This document shows positions 13,285 to 26,122 of a stretch of DNA of 64,000 nucleotides, in pieces (position 1 is the first letter of the stretch; every line of letters begins with the position of its first letter). The position numbers and the translations under genes were made by a program. The notes under the pieces are model-generated. The model worked only from the letters and a program-made list of their open reading frames with translations. It made no database searches and was not told the DNA's origin. Origin of the DNA: Octopus vulgaris (lineage: Eukaryota); assembly GCA_951406725.2 (NCBI GenBank), contig OX597816.1, forward strand, positions 45,260,001 through 45,324,000. The letters run 5' to 3'.

Positions 13285-13679
13285 ACTCCACATTTATTTT
13301 ATTTTATTTATTTATTTTGTTTTCATTAATCTTTATCTTTTGCTTGTTTCAGTCATTAGATTGCAACAGCAATAAACTTGATTCTGGCCCTTTCTCTCAT
13401 GCAAAAGTATGACTTTTCAACTTGTATCATAAAGTTGTCCCTTCAGGATTTCTAACCTTGCAAACTACTTGGTAACTGCACCAGTGCTGATGGAAAGGGG
13501 AAAAAAAAGACCCCATTATATGCTATAAAGTGGCATTAGGAAGGCTGTCCAGCTGCAGAAATAATGCCAAAGCAGAGACTGGAGCATAATACAGTCCTTG
13601 ACCCTTTGAATCCTATCAAGCCAACCAACCCAGGCCAGCATGGAACATAGAAGTTAACTGATGATGATTGTGATAATGG

Positions 13680-14310
13680 TGCTTGAGAAAACACGGCAAG
13701 CGCAAGTGAGACCAAAACATTGTGGCCTATGTCAGGAGTGTAACCAGTCCACTTATGTGTGCCTTTCTTTCATTGGACACTAAACTCTGCTTGTGAAGAC
13801 TTGTTGAGGCAAGTGAAATCAAAATCGAAATCAAATTCGATGACTGGCATCTGTGCTAGTGGAGTGCTAAGAGTACCATACAAGTGAGATCTTTGCCAGA
13901 GCAACAAGCTGGCCTCCGTGCCAATGGCATGTTAAAAACACCATTCGAGCGCGATCATCACCTGCATTGCCTTACTAGCACTTGTGCAGGTGGCACGTGA
14001 AAAACATTTGAGCGAGGTTGTTGCCAGTGTCGCTGGACTGGCTCCTGTGAAGGTGGCACATAAAAAGCACCATTTGAGCGTAGCCATTGCCAGTACCGCC
14101 TGACTGGCACTCGTGCCGGTGGCATATAAAAGCACCCACTAAACTCTCGGAGTGGTTGGCGTTAGGAAGGGCATCCAGCTGTAGAAACTCTGCCAGATCA
14201 GATTGGAGTTTGGTGCAGCCATCTGGTTCACCAGACCTCAGTCCAGTCAAATCATCCAACCCATGCTAGCATGGAAAGTGGACGTTAAACGATGATGATA
14301 TTGATGATGA
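13680..14310 (+). mobile_element. Repeat family B (SINE or LINE 3' end with (GAT)n tail)
   Basis: gagtggttggcgttaggaagggcatccagctgtagaaac...ccaacccatgctagcatggaaa..gacgttaaacgatgatg. Confidence 0.8.
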
Positions 14311-14337
14311 TATAGATATATATAAATATATACATAC

Positions 14338-14456
14338 CCTGCGAGGTCAACAAGATGAAGTTTAGATTTTCGGAGAGAAGTTGAACCAATCTGTCGAGAA
14401 GTGAGATGAATTGTAAATATACAGTGTGAGCGAGTAGAAGCTTGATTCATCGGAGT
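14338..14456 (-). CDS. KIF6: KIF6 exon (switch I, switch II start): TPMNQASTRSHCIFTIHLTSRQIGSTSLRKSKLHLVDLA(G)
   Basis: 119 nt, ttttcag / gtatgt, phase 0/2. NxxSxRSH and LVDLAG motifs. Confidence 0.95.
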
Positions 14457-14649
14457 CTGAAAATATAAGAAAAGTAGATATAATTTTGCTCAGACAAAGA
14501 TATCATGATAGAGATGATAACAGATAATGTAATGACAGATATTATTTATCTGATTACTATAAAATTGCTAAGAGTCGATGAGAGCACCTCTATGCATACA
14601 TTTATTGTAATGGAAAGGGCAGCCAAATGGTCTACCAATCATACTCTAC

Positions 14650-15020
14650 ATCATCATCATTGTCATCGTTCAACGTCCGTTTTCCATGCTAGCATGGGTT
14701 GGACGGTTCGACCGGAGTCTGGGAAGCCAGGAGGCTGCACCAGGCTCCAGTCTGATCTGGCAGTATTTCTACAGCTGGATGCCCTTCCTAATGCCAACCA
14801 CTCCGTGAGTGTAGTAGATGCTTTATACGTGCCACCAGCACAGGGACCAGAGGAGGCTGGCAAATGTCCACGATCGGTTGGTGCTTTTACGTGTCACAGA
14901 CACGGACACCAGTCAGGCAGCACTGGCATCTGCCATGTTCGGATGGTGCTTTTAACATGTCACCGGTATCTTAACTACAATTTCCATTTGATTTTCATTT
15001 TGATGTTGGTGTTGACGTCA
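14650..15020 (-). mobile_element. Repeat family B
   Basis: Reverse complement of the family B 3' end with a (CAT)n tail. Confidence 0.8.
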
Positions 15021-15489
15021 ATCTTTAAAAATCTTTAAAAAATAACACAGACGCAGAGTGCGTGAAAAAAAAAGGGGGGAAAAAATGAGTTAGTCATATA
15101 TGGGATCTCATGGTTCATAGGTTTGCTCAATTATGGCTGAACTGAGGCTAAACATCAGCTGATATAAATAGCAGTCAAATCCCCTCAAATCACACACCAT
15201 TGCCTTAGATATGAAATTTTCTATTTTTTACTTGTTTCAGCCATCAGACTGTGGCCATGCTGGAACAATGCCTTGAATAATTTTAGTTGAATAAACTGAC
15301 CCCAGTACTTATATTTTTATGCCTGGGACTTATTTTATCAATCATTTTCACCAAACAATTAAGTTACAGGGGTGTATATCCACCAACACTGCTTGTCAAG
15401 TGGTGAGAGGACAAACACACACCCACACACACACATACATACACACACACACAGAGAAAAATACATGATGGGTTTCTTTCAGTTTCTTA

Positions 15490-16078
15490 CTTTTTTATTG
15501 CTCACAAGGGGTTAAACATAGAGGGGACAAACAAAGACAGACAAAGGGATTAAGTCAATTACGTCGACTCCAGTTTGTAACTGGTACTTAATTTATCGAC
15601 CCTGAAAGGATGAAAGGCAAAGTCGACCTCGGTGGAATTTGAACTCAGAACATAAAGACAGATGAAATACCTATTTCTTTACTACCTACAAGGGGCTAAA
15701 AATTAGAGTGGACAAACAAGGACAGACAAAGGGATTAAGTCAATTACATCGACTCCGGTTTGTAACTGGTACTTAATTTATCGACCCTGAAAGGATGAAA
15801 GGCAAAGTCGACCTCGGCGGAATTTGAACTCAGAACATAAAGACAGATGAAATACCTATTTCTTTACTTCCCACAAGGGGCTAAACATAGAGTGGACAAA
15901 CAAGGACAGACAAAGGGATAAGTCAATTACATCGACTCCAGTGCGTAACTGGTACTTAATTTATTGACCCCCAAAAGGATGAAAGGCAAAGTCGACCTCG
16001 GCAGAATTTGAACTCAGACCGTAAAGACAGACGAAATACTGCTAAGCATTTCGCCCAGCTTGCTAATGTTTCTGCCAG
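15490..16078 (-). mobile_element. SINE family C, tandem trimer nested in a family A SINE
   Basis: Three 184-185 bp units (junctions 15670/15671 and 15855/15856) plus one head. The host SINE A halves lie at ~15225-15490 and ~16078-16218. Confidence 0.85.
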
Positions 16079-16551
16079 TTTCTGTCTACCAAATTGACTC
16101 ACAAGGCTTTGGGCAGACCAAAACTATAGTAGAAGACACTCGCCCAAAATGCCACACAGGGATTCTATACCTTAAACAATGTGGTTGAGAAGCAGACTTC
16201 TTACCACACATCCAGAAGTCCTAAATTCCTCCAAAAAAAAAAAAAAAAAAGTATGATCATGGTAAAAATACATTGAGTTATTGTAACGAGAGCAGATAGC
16301 CAGATGTTGAGATACAATTTGGTGTGACACATTGTCACTACTCTCAAGGAAATTCATTCAAAGGACGATTAAGTAAAATTTGGTTATGTTATATCTTCAG
16401 TACAGCCTTTTTTTTAAAAATCAGATTGAGATTTCTGCATACAGAAATGTTTTATTTCTTTGATTTCGTTAGTCTGTCATTGATTCTGTACGTTTGTAAG
16501 TCTTTGTTGCATTTCTCACCTGATTTCTTGATCAGTCAACCTGAGGCACTT

Positions 16552-16615
<64 letters not shown>

Positions 16616-17678
16616 TACTGCAGGATTAAAGGATGGCTAAATGTCCTTCTTTCTTGGCTGAGTATTTGAAAATACCTTATGGAGCAATAACCATGTCCTG
16701 TATAGTTACGAGCTGCCCTTTGTCAAGGCACAGCACCCATTCAGCCACCCTGCCAGGAATACAGTGGAATCATGGGACTGCAGCATGGCAGATTATGAAG
16801 TGGTAACGGAGGAGCTAAACTGAACCAATGGTGCTTCTTACACTGATATTGAGTGGAGGAATTCTAGAAGATCTCTGGTCAGGGTCATCAAACTCACTAG
16901 AGAGAGTAATGCAACACATCCATAGGGTGACATCTATGGTTGTGTAATCAGCAAATGAAAGATTCATTATGACTCAAGCTTCCAAAACAAATTCATAAAG
17001 AAAAAAGGTTTATTTGAGGGGTGATGTGCATAGATAAAAAAGAGTGTCAGAGGGGCCTGTGCACAGATAAATTTTTCACAAATTATAGTGTGGCTTACAA
17101 TGTGATGCTTACACATGCTTTTTAATTGAACTGAATTAAACTTTGTAAGTGTTTGACTAAAAAAGGATTAGAACCCTAAGTAGATGATAGCTAAAAGTAT
17201 ACTTGATCAATGTCTATGCCAAATGCATATGAGTAAAATAAATAATTATTCAAATAATAATTATGGTTATGAAAAAGAAAGTGAGTGAACAAAATGAAAT
17301 ACTTATAGAAAATATTGCATAGAATTTGAGAAGTGTTTTCAATGTCTTTTGATGATGGCAGGTGAATCAAATGTTCACTGTAGGATATAGATAATATAAG
17401 CACTTGGTTATCAGGAAATTTGTAAGTTCGATTTTTTAAAAAAATTTTTTTCGTTACTTTTAATTTTTTTTTTAAATATCACCATTATAGGTATTTATAC
17501 TTCAGTGAAATTAAAAATTCAACTCATAAATAAACAAAACCTTCAAATCCATCACTGTACACACACACACACACACATGCACACACAGAGTCACATATCT
17601 ATGTATGTATCCTCATGTATCTACGTGTATAGGTACACCATGATTTATACATATGCAGAACAAGGTCAAATAAAATTA

Positions 17679-17726
<48 letters not shown>

Positions 17727-18414
17727 GTACTGTTCTATGATGGTAAGATCAGCAAAAAAAGTACTCCATCTGGTGAGAGATAAACAGTATTCAATAGACA
17801 TAATACATGATTTTATGAGCTAGTAAGAGATTCTTGTGCTGAGAACATACCAAAACAATGCATACCTTGCATGCACATACATTCTTTCGCAAAAAATCTG
17901 CATAGTCAAAACATTTTGATTCACCTGTCCACCAGTTTTGAAGATAATCAAACTAAATTTCCATCATTTTGAACTCCTCATCCAATGAGTATTTCTGCCA
18001 AATTTGGTGAAAATCTGCTCAGCCATTTTCCAGTAATTTTGCAAACACACAGACAATGACAAGTGACTAGAATGCCCTGCTTTCACTTAAGTGAGCAGGA
18101 TAATAATGAAATTGGATGGTGACAGAGAGTCATGGGAATCAGCAAAAAGAGTAAAAATATGTCTTTTGTTCATGGAAGACTAGCAGTCACCCATATATAT
18201 ATAACATTCTCCTTTACCATCCATGTTCCATGTTGGCATGGCCTAGATGATTTGATAGGAACCGTTGTGTCCAAGAACTGCATCAAGCTTCAATGTTTGT
18301 TTGGCATGGTTTTTAGTGCCAGATGCCCTTCCTCATGTCAACCACTTTATAGTGTGGACCAGGTGCTTTTTTACATCACCTACATTACTGTATGTTGAAG
18401 CACTGTTATTGGAA

Positions 18415-19152
18415 ATGTTACATTCCAAGAATAATGCATACTCTCAGTGAAGACGATCTGGACTGAAAAGAGGAGTTTTGCAAGTGGTACTTGATAAGAT
18501 GGTTAGAGGATGCATACTTTCTAACAAAAATTATTTGGAATGATGAGGCTACATTTAAATTAAACAGCTCAATTAATGGCCACAAATGCACTTACTGGGA
18601 ATCTGAGAATTCATATATTACATAGAAACATCATGTTAATTTACTGGAAGTTACAGTAAGGATTAATTGGACTTATTTTTGGATGGTACTGTGACTGGTT
18701 CCATTTATTTGAACTTGATGTGATGATCTGTCATGTCAAACATTCAAAGGGACTTTGAAGATGTGGAGCCTCTACCATTATAATGTAAGAGTCTACCTTG
18801 ATGAGACTTTGCCAAACAGGCGGATTGGATGAAAATGTCCACAGAATAGCTTTTGCATTCCCCAGATCACATATGCCTACAATCATTTATATGGGAATAA
18901 TTAAAAATTAAAGTGTATGGTACAAAAACCACTGACAGTTAATGAACATTTAATGAAGTGTTTCTTGATGTTTGCAGCTCCATTGCTTTGTGTTGTCAGC
19001 AGTGTCTCGACCAGAACTGTTATCAGTTTGAAAAGCAGTGTAAAAATGTAATTCTGTCTGTAGATTCTATTAAATTTTGGAAATGTAAGGTATTCTAAGA
19101 AGCACTGACTTGATAATCCTTCAATATGTGTGTACATTTTGGGCAGACACCT

Positions 19153-19154
<2 letters not shown>
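18415..19154 (+). mobile_element. Decayed Tc1/mariner-superfamily transposon, 3' portion
   Basis: [29 protein letters not shown] and YLDETLPNRRIG motifs resemble DD41D-type transposases. Ends in TIR-like gtgtacattttgggcagacaccttg followed by TA. Confidence 0.65.
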
Positions 19155-19207
<53 letters not shown>

Positions 19208-20252
19208 ATATGATACATAGCTGTGTGTGTGTGTGTGTGCATATGCACATACATACACATATGTATGTGTATGAATATACTTATGGGTACATAAACTTTG
19301 ATATGAAAGATAACAAGAAGGCAAGAAAAATTATCACAAAAAAATCACATAAAAAATGGGCTAAAAGAACACCAAAAATACCAAACCAAAATCAAACCAA
19401 AAAAAAAAAGGATAATACGTAAATAAAAAAGAAAAGAACTTCTGAGCTGAGAACATACAGATTGCCAGTTAGATTTATCAGCAGTGAGCTTAGCAAAACA
19501 TGATTGAACAACATGAATTCAAGACATGAATGATTTATCAACTGCCTGTACAAGAAGAATGCATTCCTCATAACAGTGTACTGTAGTACAAATGCTAATA
19601 ATGCATCATCTACACACTAAAATTCACAAACACATACATACATAACATGCATACAAGGGAATATACATACAGTAAAAAAAAGCAACAAACACACTATCAC
19701 ACACCACGCTGCACCAAAAAATGCATAAATATGAAAGATTGTGATTTGTAATAATTCTTTATTGTTTTTTATTTTTATTAGTTTTACTGTTGATGTGTTG
19801 TGTAGATTTTGGGTTGTTTTTTTTTATTCTTTATTCTTTATGATTTCTAGTGTGTATGGGGATTGAAGACAAAATAGTTAAAGAAATAAATGAAATATAT
19901 ATTTTTGCGGTGTGTGTTTTCCTTGTTTTTATTTATTTATATTTATTTTTTATTGTTGGTGGGGGTAGAAATAGGAATATTTTGAACAGCATCAACATAT
20001 GAAATAATAAAAAAAAAAAAGACCAACTCAAATAAAATAATATGGAAATGGAAGAGATAAATAAATGGCTGTTTCAAGATGTAAATTCATACAAACGTGA
20101 ATAGAATTGAACAATGGAAGCATGTCTTTTTTGTTGTTATTCTTGTTGTTGGGTTTTTGACAGGGGAGGAGGATTCCTTTGTTTTTGTTTCGTTAAATAA
20201 AAATGCGTAGATGTGTGTTTATATCTCTTTCTCCCTCTCTCTCCTTTCCTGT

Positions 20253-20287
<35 letters not shown>

Positions 20288-20353
20288 CACATATATACAT
20301 ACTTAAAATCACATATACATGTACACACACATACATGCATTTATATGTACATA

Positions 20354-20387
<34 letters not shown>

Positions 20388-20649
20388 TGAGTGGACAAAT
20401 GTAAGAGAGAGGCACTCATCACATTTAGTAGGAGTTACAGATGCTATTATTTAAAACAGTTAGGTTCAGCTCCATGCAGCTTAAAGTTTCACAGACTTCT
20501 GACAAAAATCCAGATCGTTCAAGCTCAGATTACTAATTCAATAATCTAATCCTGAACAAACCAGTTTCTGTAAGAAGCCGGCAAAATTATAAATCACACA
20601 GAGCCAAATCAAACTGTTTTAAATAATAATGATATGTATATAAATAGAT

Positions 20650-21045
20650 ATAGATATTGCAATACCTGGGGATGTATGTATAAGTGACAAAGAACTAGAA
20701 AAGATGAAAAGAGAAAATTGCTAGAATGTGAACTACGAAGAGAGTGTCTGTCATCCTAGTAGATGTAAGGGCACTCGAAGCTCTAACAACCAAGTTCAAG
20801 AAATATGTCACAGAAATCAGAATTGACATGAGAGCAGAGTAAGCCCAAAAGACTGCTCTGCAGCGGACAGCTAGGATTTTGAGATTGGTATTTGGGTGTT
20901 AAATGTCTTCAATGATAAATTAACAACTAATTATCAAAGCTTATAATGTACAGAAAAAGACCCTGTGAGACCTCTGACAACAAGCTGTTGTCCACTCTCA
21001 CAAAATCAACCAGAGCAAACAAGAGCAAACACTCTGAGAAGTAAC
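20650..21045 (+). mobile_element. R4/Dong-type non-LTR retrotransposon 3' end (restriction-like endonuclease C-terminus and UTR)
   Basis: DIAIPGD..ISDKELEK...AQKTALQRTARILRLV*, followed directly by (TAA)n. Confidence 0.7.
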
Positions 21046-21081
<36 letters not shown>

Positions 21082-21095
21082 GTAATAATAATAAC

Positions 21096-21148
<53 letters not shown>

Positions 21149-21174
21149 TAATAATAGTGATAATAATAACAATG

Positions 21175-21228
<54 letters not shown>
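21046..21228. repeat. (TAA)n microsatellite
   Basis: Seen directly. TAA repeats are the known target of Dong-type elements. Confidence 0.95.
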
Positions 21229-21230
<2 letters not shown>

Positions 21231-21289
21231 GTATCTATCTTCCGAAGAGACTCTTGTTCACCTTTGTTATTTGTTATAGCTTTGATCTC

Positions 21290-22485
21290 ACTTTCTGTAG
21301 TCCTACACTAAGTCAACAAGCACTATGAGCTGAGAAAGAAGGGACCTCAGCTCAACCACCTTCTCTTCATGGATGATTTAAAACTGTTCACAAAAACAGA
21401 GCCTGTAATGGAGACGCTGGTTGAGACTGTACAGATGTGCAGCAAAGATATAGGGATGGAATTCAGTATCATGAAGTGAGTAGGGCTCACTTTGAAATGG
21501 GGGGAAAAGAGCAGATTGTAAGGGCATAGAATTGTCAAAAGGAGAGAGAATGGAAGACCCATTCTGGAGCTGGACAATATCTTGCACAGAGAAATGAAAG
21601 ACAAGGTTATCACTGCATATTTGAAGTGCGTCAGACTTCTCTTGAAATCAAAACTCAACTCAAGGAACTTTGTGACTGCCATCAACATATAGGCTGTTGC
21701 TGTAGTCCACTATAGTGCACCCATCTGGAAATGGACAAGAGCAGAGATTGACCACCTCAATCGCACAACATTAGGGTGCCCTCCACCCTAAAGTGGACGT
21801 ACACAGGCTCTACATGAAGTGGTGTAAAGGTGGACAAGGGGTGATTAGGCATAGAGAAGTGCATCAACAGTGAAAACATGGCAGAATTTTTGGTAAATAG
21901 CAAACAAGATCTGCTACATTTATGCTGCTATTACTGAAGGATTTACCAAAACTGGACTTGAGAATGCTAATCAATTCTTATCACAAATAGTCAACGAGAG
22001 AGATGAAATTCTACTCCACATAGAATTACATGGTCAGTTCCACCATGAAACTAACAACTTAAAAGCTGAAGAAGCATCAGGGAGGCAGCTCAGCAGGGGT
22101 AACCTAAAAAAGAAGAATGAAAACCTAATCCTTGCTGCCCAGGATCAGGCATTGTATACCAACTCAGTGAAAAAGAGATATACAATATTTATCACACAAG
22201 TACAACGAACCTCTGCAAATGTGTAGGAAGGGGGTCGAAAGCATGACTCACATTGTTAGTGTTTGTGAAAGAGTACAAGTGCACATATAACAAGGTAGTA
22301 CAGAACCTTCATTGGCTACTATGCTGGAAGTATGGATACAAGGTAACAGGTGCTTAATACCAACATACACCAGAAAAGGTAATGGCGGAAAAGGGAAAGC
22401 AAAAGTCCTCTGGGACTTTGACTTCCAGATAGACAAGGTGTTAGAGCACCAAAGACCGGACATAGTGACCTTTAGGATGGACAAA
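21290..22485 (+). mobile_element. R4/Dong-type retrotransposon, decayed RT to endonuclease fragment
   Basis: LNHLLFMDDLKL, LLLKSKLNSRN, LHPKVDVHRLY, ILAAQDQAL, KVLWDFDFQIDKVLEHQRPDIV. Many stops and frameshifts. Confidence 0.85.
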
Positions 22486-22511
22486 CAAGCTTCTTACCAC
22501 ACAGCCACTCT

Positions 22512-22637
<126 letters not shown>

Positions 22638-22701
22638 TACATATTTGTGTATATTCATTCACCCATGCACATACTCAAACACATGTACATATATAATTTA
22701 C

Positions 22702-22831
22702 CTCAGCAATCATTCTATTTGTATCCCCAACAAACAGAAAATTCAGTGCCTCTTCCTCATTGGTCGCTTGTTGGAGACTTAAATTCTTCAGGTGTATATT
22801 CTGTTCTGGGTCCTCAAGCAATGTCACCTTA
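22702..22831 (-). CDS. KIF6: KIF6 exon: (P)KVTLLEDPEQNIHLKNLSLQQATNEEEALNFLFVGDTNRMIAE
   Basis: 130 nt, ttccag / gtaaat, phase 2/0, completes the CC|T Pro codon. Confidence 0.95.
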
Positions 22832-23990
22832 CTGGAATCACAAAAAAATAAATACATCAGCACATGTGCAAGCTGAATTTGAATATGAGTCTAAGAGAGA
22901 CATTTCAAAACAGTAGTTTCACAAACACATATGATGTCATATACAATCATCATCATAAATTTTATATACACTTTTCCATTATTGCATGGGTTGGACTGAT
23001 TTTTACACACAGTCTCTAACTACAAAATTCATTTACAATGCATTGGACAGCCCGGAGGTATAGAATGAATAGAAGACCTAGGTGCTGTGCAGTAGGACTG
23101 AATCCAGAACCTAGTGGCTGGAAAGCAAGATTCTAGTTATGTTGCTTGCTTTGTAACCACATGGTTTCACTTTTTTTTTTAACACTTAGTCAAAGGAAAA
23201 GTTGGTTGTCATGACCCCTTGCAGAGGTCCCTGACACTTGTGGAAGGAAACGAAAGAGAAAGATATCCTAAAACCAGAGACCTAGCTTGAAACCTTGCAA
23301 CAGAATCTTTGCAACCAGACTTGAAGCCTTGCAACAGAATGGATGGTCCCACTAAAGGCATCTAAGAGCTAGTCATTGCAAAGGAATGGATTGCTCTAGT
23401 TAAGGTACCCAAAAGGTAGTCAATGGTTTTAATCCAAACCATGGCTTAAATCTGTTACCCAATTAAGTCACAGTGGAAATTGAGCATTGAATAGGACTGC
23501 AAATCACCAGGACCAATACTGCAAGGTATCCCACCTAATGCTCTAATGATTCTGCCTATCCAATACCTCTGATTAGTACTTTATTTATTGACCCCTAAAG
23601 CATTTTGAAAGGTAAAGCTTTAATGTGTGTGTGTGGGGGGGGTCTATTTGCTTCTACTAATGTGTGTGAGTGTGTGTGTCATTTCAAATAAAATTAAATA
23701 AAATTTTATTACTACTACTATTACTACTACTACTACTATTATCACTGAGGTGAGCCAAAGCCTTGTGAGTAGATTTGGTAGAATGAAATTGAAAGAGCTT
23801 GCAGTATGTATATGTATATATATGTATGTATATATCTCTGTGTGTCTTTGTGTCTGTGTTTGTCCTTCCATCACCACTTGACAACCAGTGTTGATGTGTT
23901 TACATCCCCGTAACTTAGCGGTTTGGCAAAATGGTAGTCATATTCAACTTTTCCCTTTTTCTTCTCTATGCTCGTGTTCTTTATATCTTC

Positions 23991-24120
23991 TTCCCTCTGA
24001 TGAAGTCCCCATTTTTTCAGATCAGTTTTATTACCAAATATTATTAATATTTTTATATACTTTTGCATACCAATGGTAAAATCATACAACATTCGGAGGA
24101 GAAATAGCAGGTAGATGGGA
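23991..24120 (+). ncRNA. Degenerate hammerhead-like motif with long helix II
   Basis: ttccct-CTGATGA-agtcccc...cgggaga-GAAA-tagcag-GTA-gatggga. Core present, helices I and III imperfect. Confidence 0.4.
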
Positions 24121-24217
24121 TGCAGTCTATTTGCATTGAATTAATAAATAATTATTGATGTAAGTCAATTGTTGTTCATCAATACTTGTCCATTTTCTGT
24201 TTTGTGTGTATATATAT

Positions 24218-24440
24218 GTGGAGGCGCAATGGCCTAGTGGTTAGGGCAGCGGACTTGCGGTTGGAGGATCGCGGTTTCGATTCCCAGACCGGGCGTTGTG
24301 TGTGTTTATTGAGCAAAAAAAAACACCTAAAAAGCTCCACAAGGCTCCGGCAGGAGGTGGTGATCCCTGCTGTACTCTTTCACCACTCTAAAGGCGGTGC
24401 TCCAGCATGGCCGCAGTCAAATGACTGAAACAAGTACAAA
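24218..24440 (+). mobile_element. SINE family D head joined to the family A 3' tail
   Basis: gtggaggcgcaatggcctagtggttagggc... then aaaggcggtgctccagcatggccgcagtcaaatgactgaaacaag and poly-A. Confidence 0.8.
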
Positions 24441-24497
24441 AAAAAAAATAAAAAATAATGTGTGTATACATTATATGTAGATGTGTGTGTGTGTATA

Positions 24498-25009
24498 TCT
24501 TTATATATAAAACTGTAGTTGTGTGAGTGTCTGTCCCCTTCGATTTAGATTCCTAACTACTCCCACATTTTGAGGTGCAGTTTAACCAAATTCGAGTATC
24601 TTATAGTCATGATTCATATCGAGCCTGTCTGGCTATTAGCGCGTGTCAACGATGAGTCTACGATTTTAAAAATAATTTAACATAATTTTTTATTCCATTT
24701 TAATGCATAATTTTTCGTGTGTCGATGGCGGCAGAGTTGGCGTCCATGGTCACACCTGCACCTGTTTGCTTCTCCCCCTTCTTCCCTCCCTCGTGAAGCT
24801 GTGGGGAAGGGAGTGTAAGGAAATCAACGTCGTAAAGCGTTGTCAAGGAGACCAGCGTTCTTTTAGAACAACGACTTCATGGCTTGAAGACACCAAAACA
24901 GAAATGGCTAAGAAAGCCCGAATTGGCATCTATAAGGGAAGTAACTCTCTAAAAATGCTTATATAGTTATTTCCCTTACAAACCCGAGCAACGCCGGGCG
25001 ATACTGCTA

Positions 25010-25010
<1 letters not shown>
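24498..25010 (+). mobile_element. Non-autonomous Helitron
   Basis: A|TCTTTATATATAAA ... cccgagcaacgccggg hairpin ... CTAG|T. Confidence 0.85.
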
Positions 25011-25046
<36 letters not shown>

Positions 25047-25063
25047 GCATGTGTGTGTGTATA

Positions 25064-25096
<33 letters not shown>

Positions 25097-25129
25097 GCAT
25101 GTAGATAAATATATATATGTATGTATGAG

Positions 25130-25745
25130 GTGGTCAAGCATGACCTTCAAACGCTGGGCCTCACAGAGGCAATGACAAAAGACTGAGACCTCTGGAGATA
25201 TGCTGTGACTGTGAAGAACTGACAAATAGCGTGAGTTCATGGTTGTTTCCTGCACCAGCTTCACATAGCAGCCCCAGCCCATCCAAAGTACCTTGGATCA
25301 CAGGACGGCCTGCTGTGCTTACCTTGGATCATAGGGCGACCTGCTGTGCTTGAGGAGACCTATTGAGTCAAGTACATCAACATCAAAATATAAATCAAAT
25401 GGAAACTGTAGTTGTGATACCTGTGCCGGTGGCACATAAAAAGCACCATCTGAACATGGCTGATGCCAGCGCCGCCTTGACTAGCTTCCATGCCGGTGGC
25501 ATGTAAAAAAGCACTAACCGATCATGGCTGTTGCCAGCCTCCTCTGGCACCTGTGCCGGTGGCACACAAAAAGCACCCACTACACTCACGGAGTGGTTGG
25601 CATCAGGAAGGGCATCCAGCTGTAGAAGCGCTGCCAGATCAGACTGGGCCTAGTGCAGCCTCCTGGCTTCCCAGGCCCTGGTCGAACCATCCAATCCATG
25701 CTAGCATGGAAAACAGACGTTATATGATGATGATGATGATGATGA
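25130..25745 (+). mobile_element. Repeat family B, long form
   Basis: Collinear with 62855-63372, ends in (GAT)n. Confidence 0.8.
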
Positions 25746-25950
25746 TGGTAATGTATATACATGACATGCTTCTATTCAGTTTCCCCTCTACCAGGTTCAC
25801 TCATAAGATATTGGTCAGCCCGGGGGTATATCACAGAAAACATTTGCCTCAGAGTGCTGTGCAGTAGGACTGAACCTGAAATAACGTGATTGCAAAGCAA
25901 GCCTCTTAACCACGTATGTACACACACGTACACACACACATACACGTGCA

Positions 25951-25983
<33 letters not shown>

Positions 25984-26084
25984 GCTGAACAAGGTTCAAG
26001 GGTTGAAATCATATTGCAAAACTATACATTGAAATTCAATAAACAGAGGAGAAGGAAGGGGAGGAGGTGATAGTGATGATTACA

Positions 26085-26122
<38 letters not shown>

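Noticed and set aside
14505-15038. 177-aa ORF and other ORFs containing FLQLDALPNANHS
   Set aside because: Antisense translation of repeat family B, recurring wherever the repeat occurs.
15490-16040. Regularly spaced repeats suggesting a CRISPR-like array
   Set aside because: Units are whole SINE bodies with no unique spacers, the context is eukaryotic, and no cas genes are present.
20494-20577. CTGACAA...AAAC cagtttctg TA possible decayed HHR (similar weak cases near 31215-31255 and 59020-59066)
   Set aside because: Multiple core changes and ambiguous helix I, within chance expectation for AT-rich DNA.
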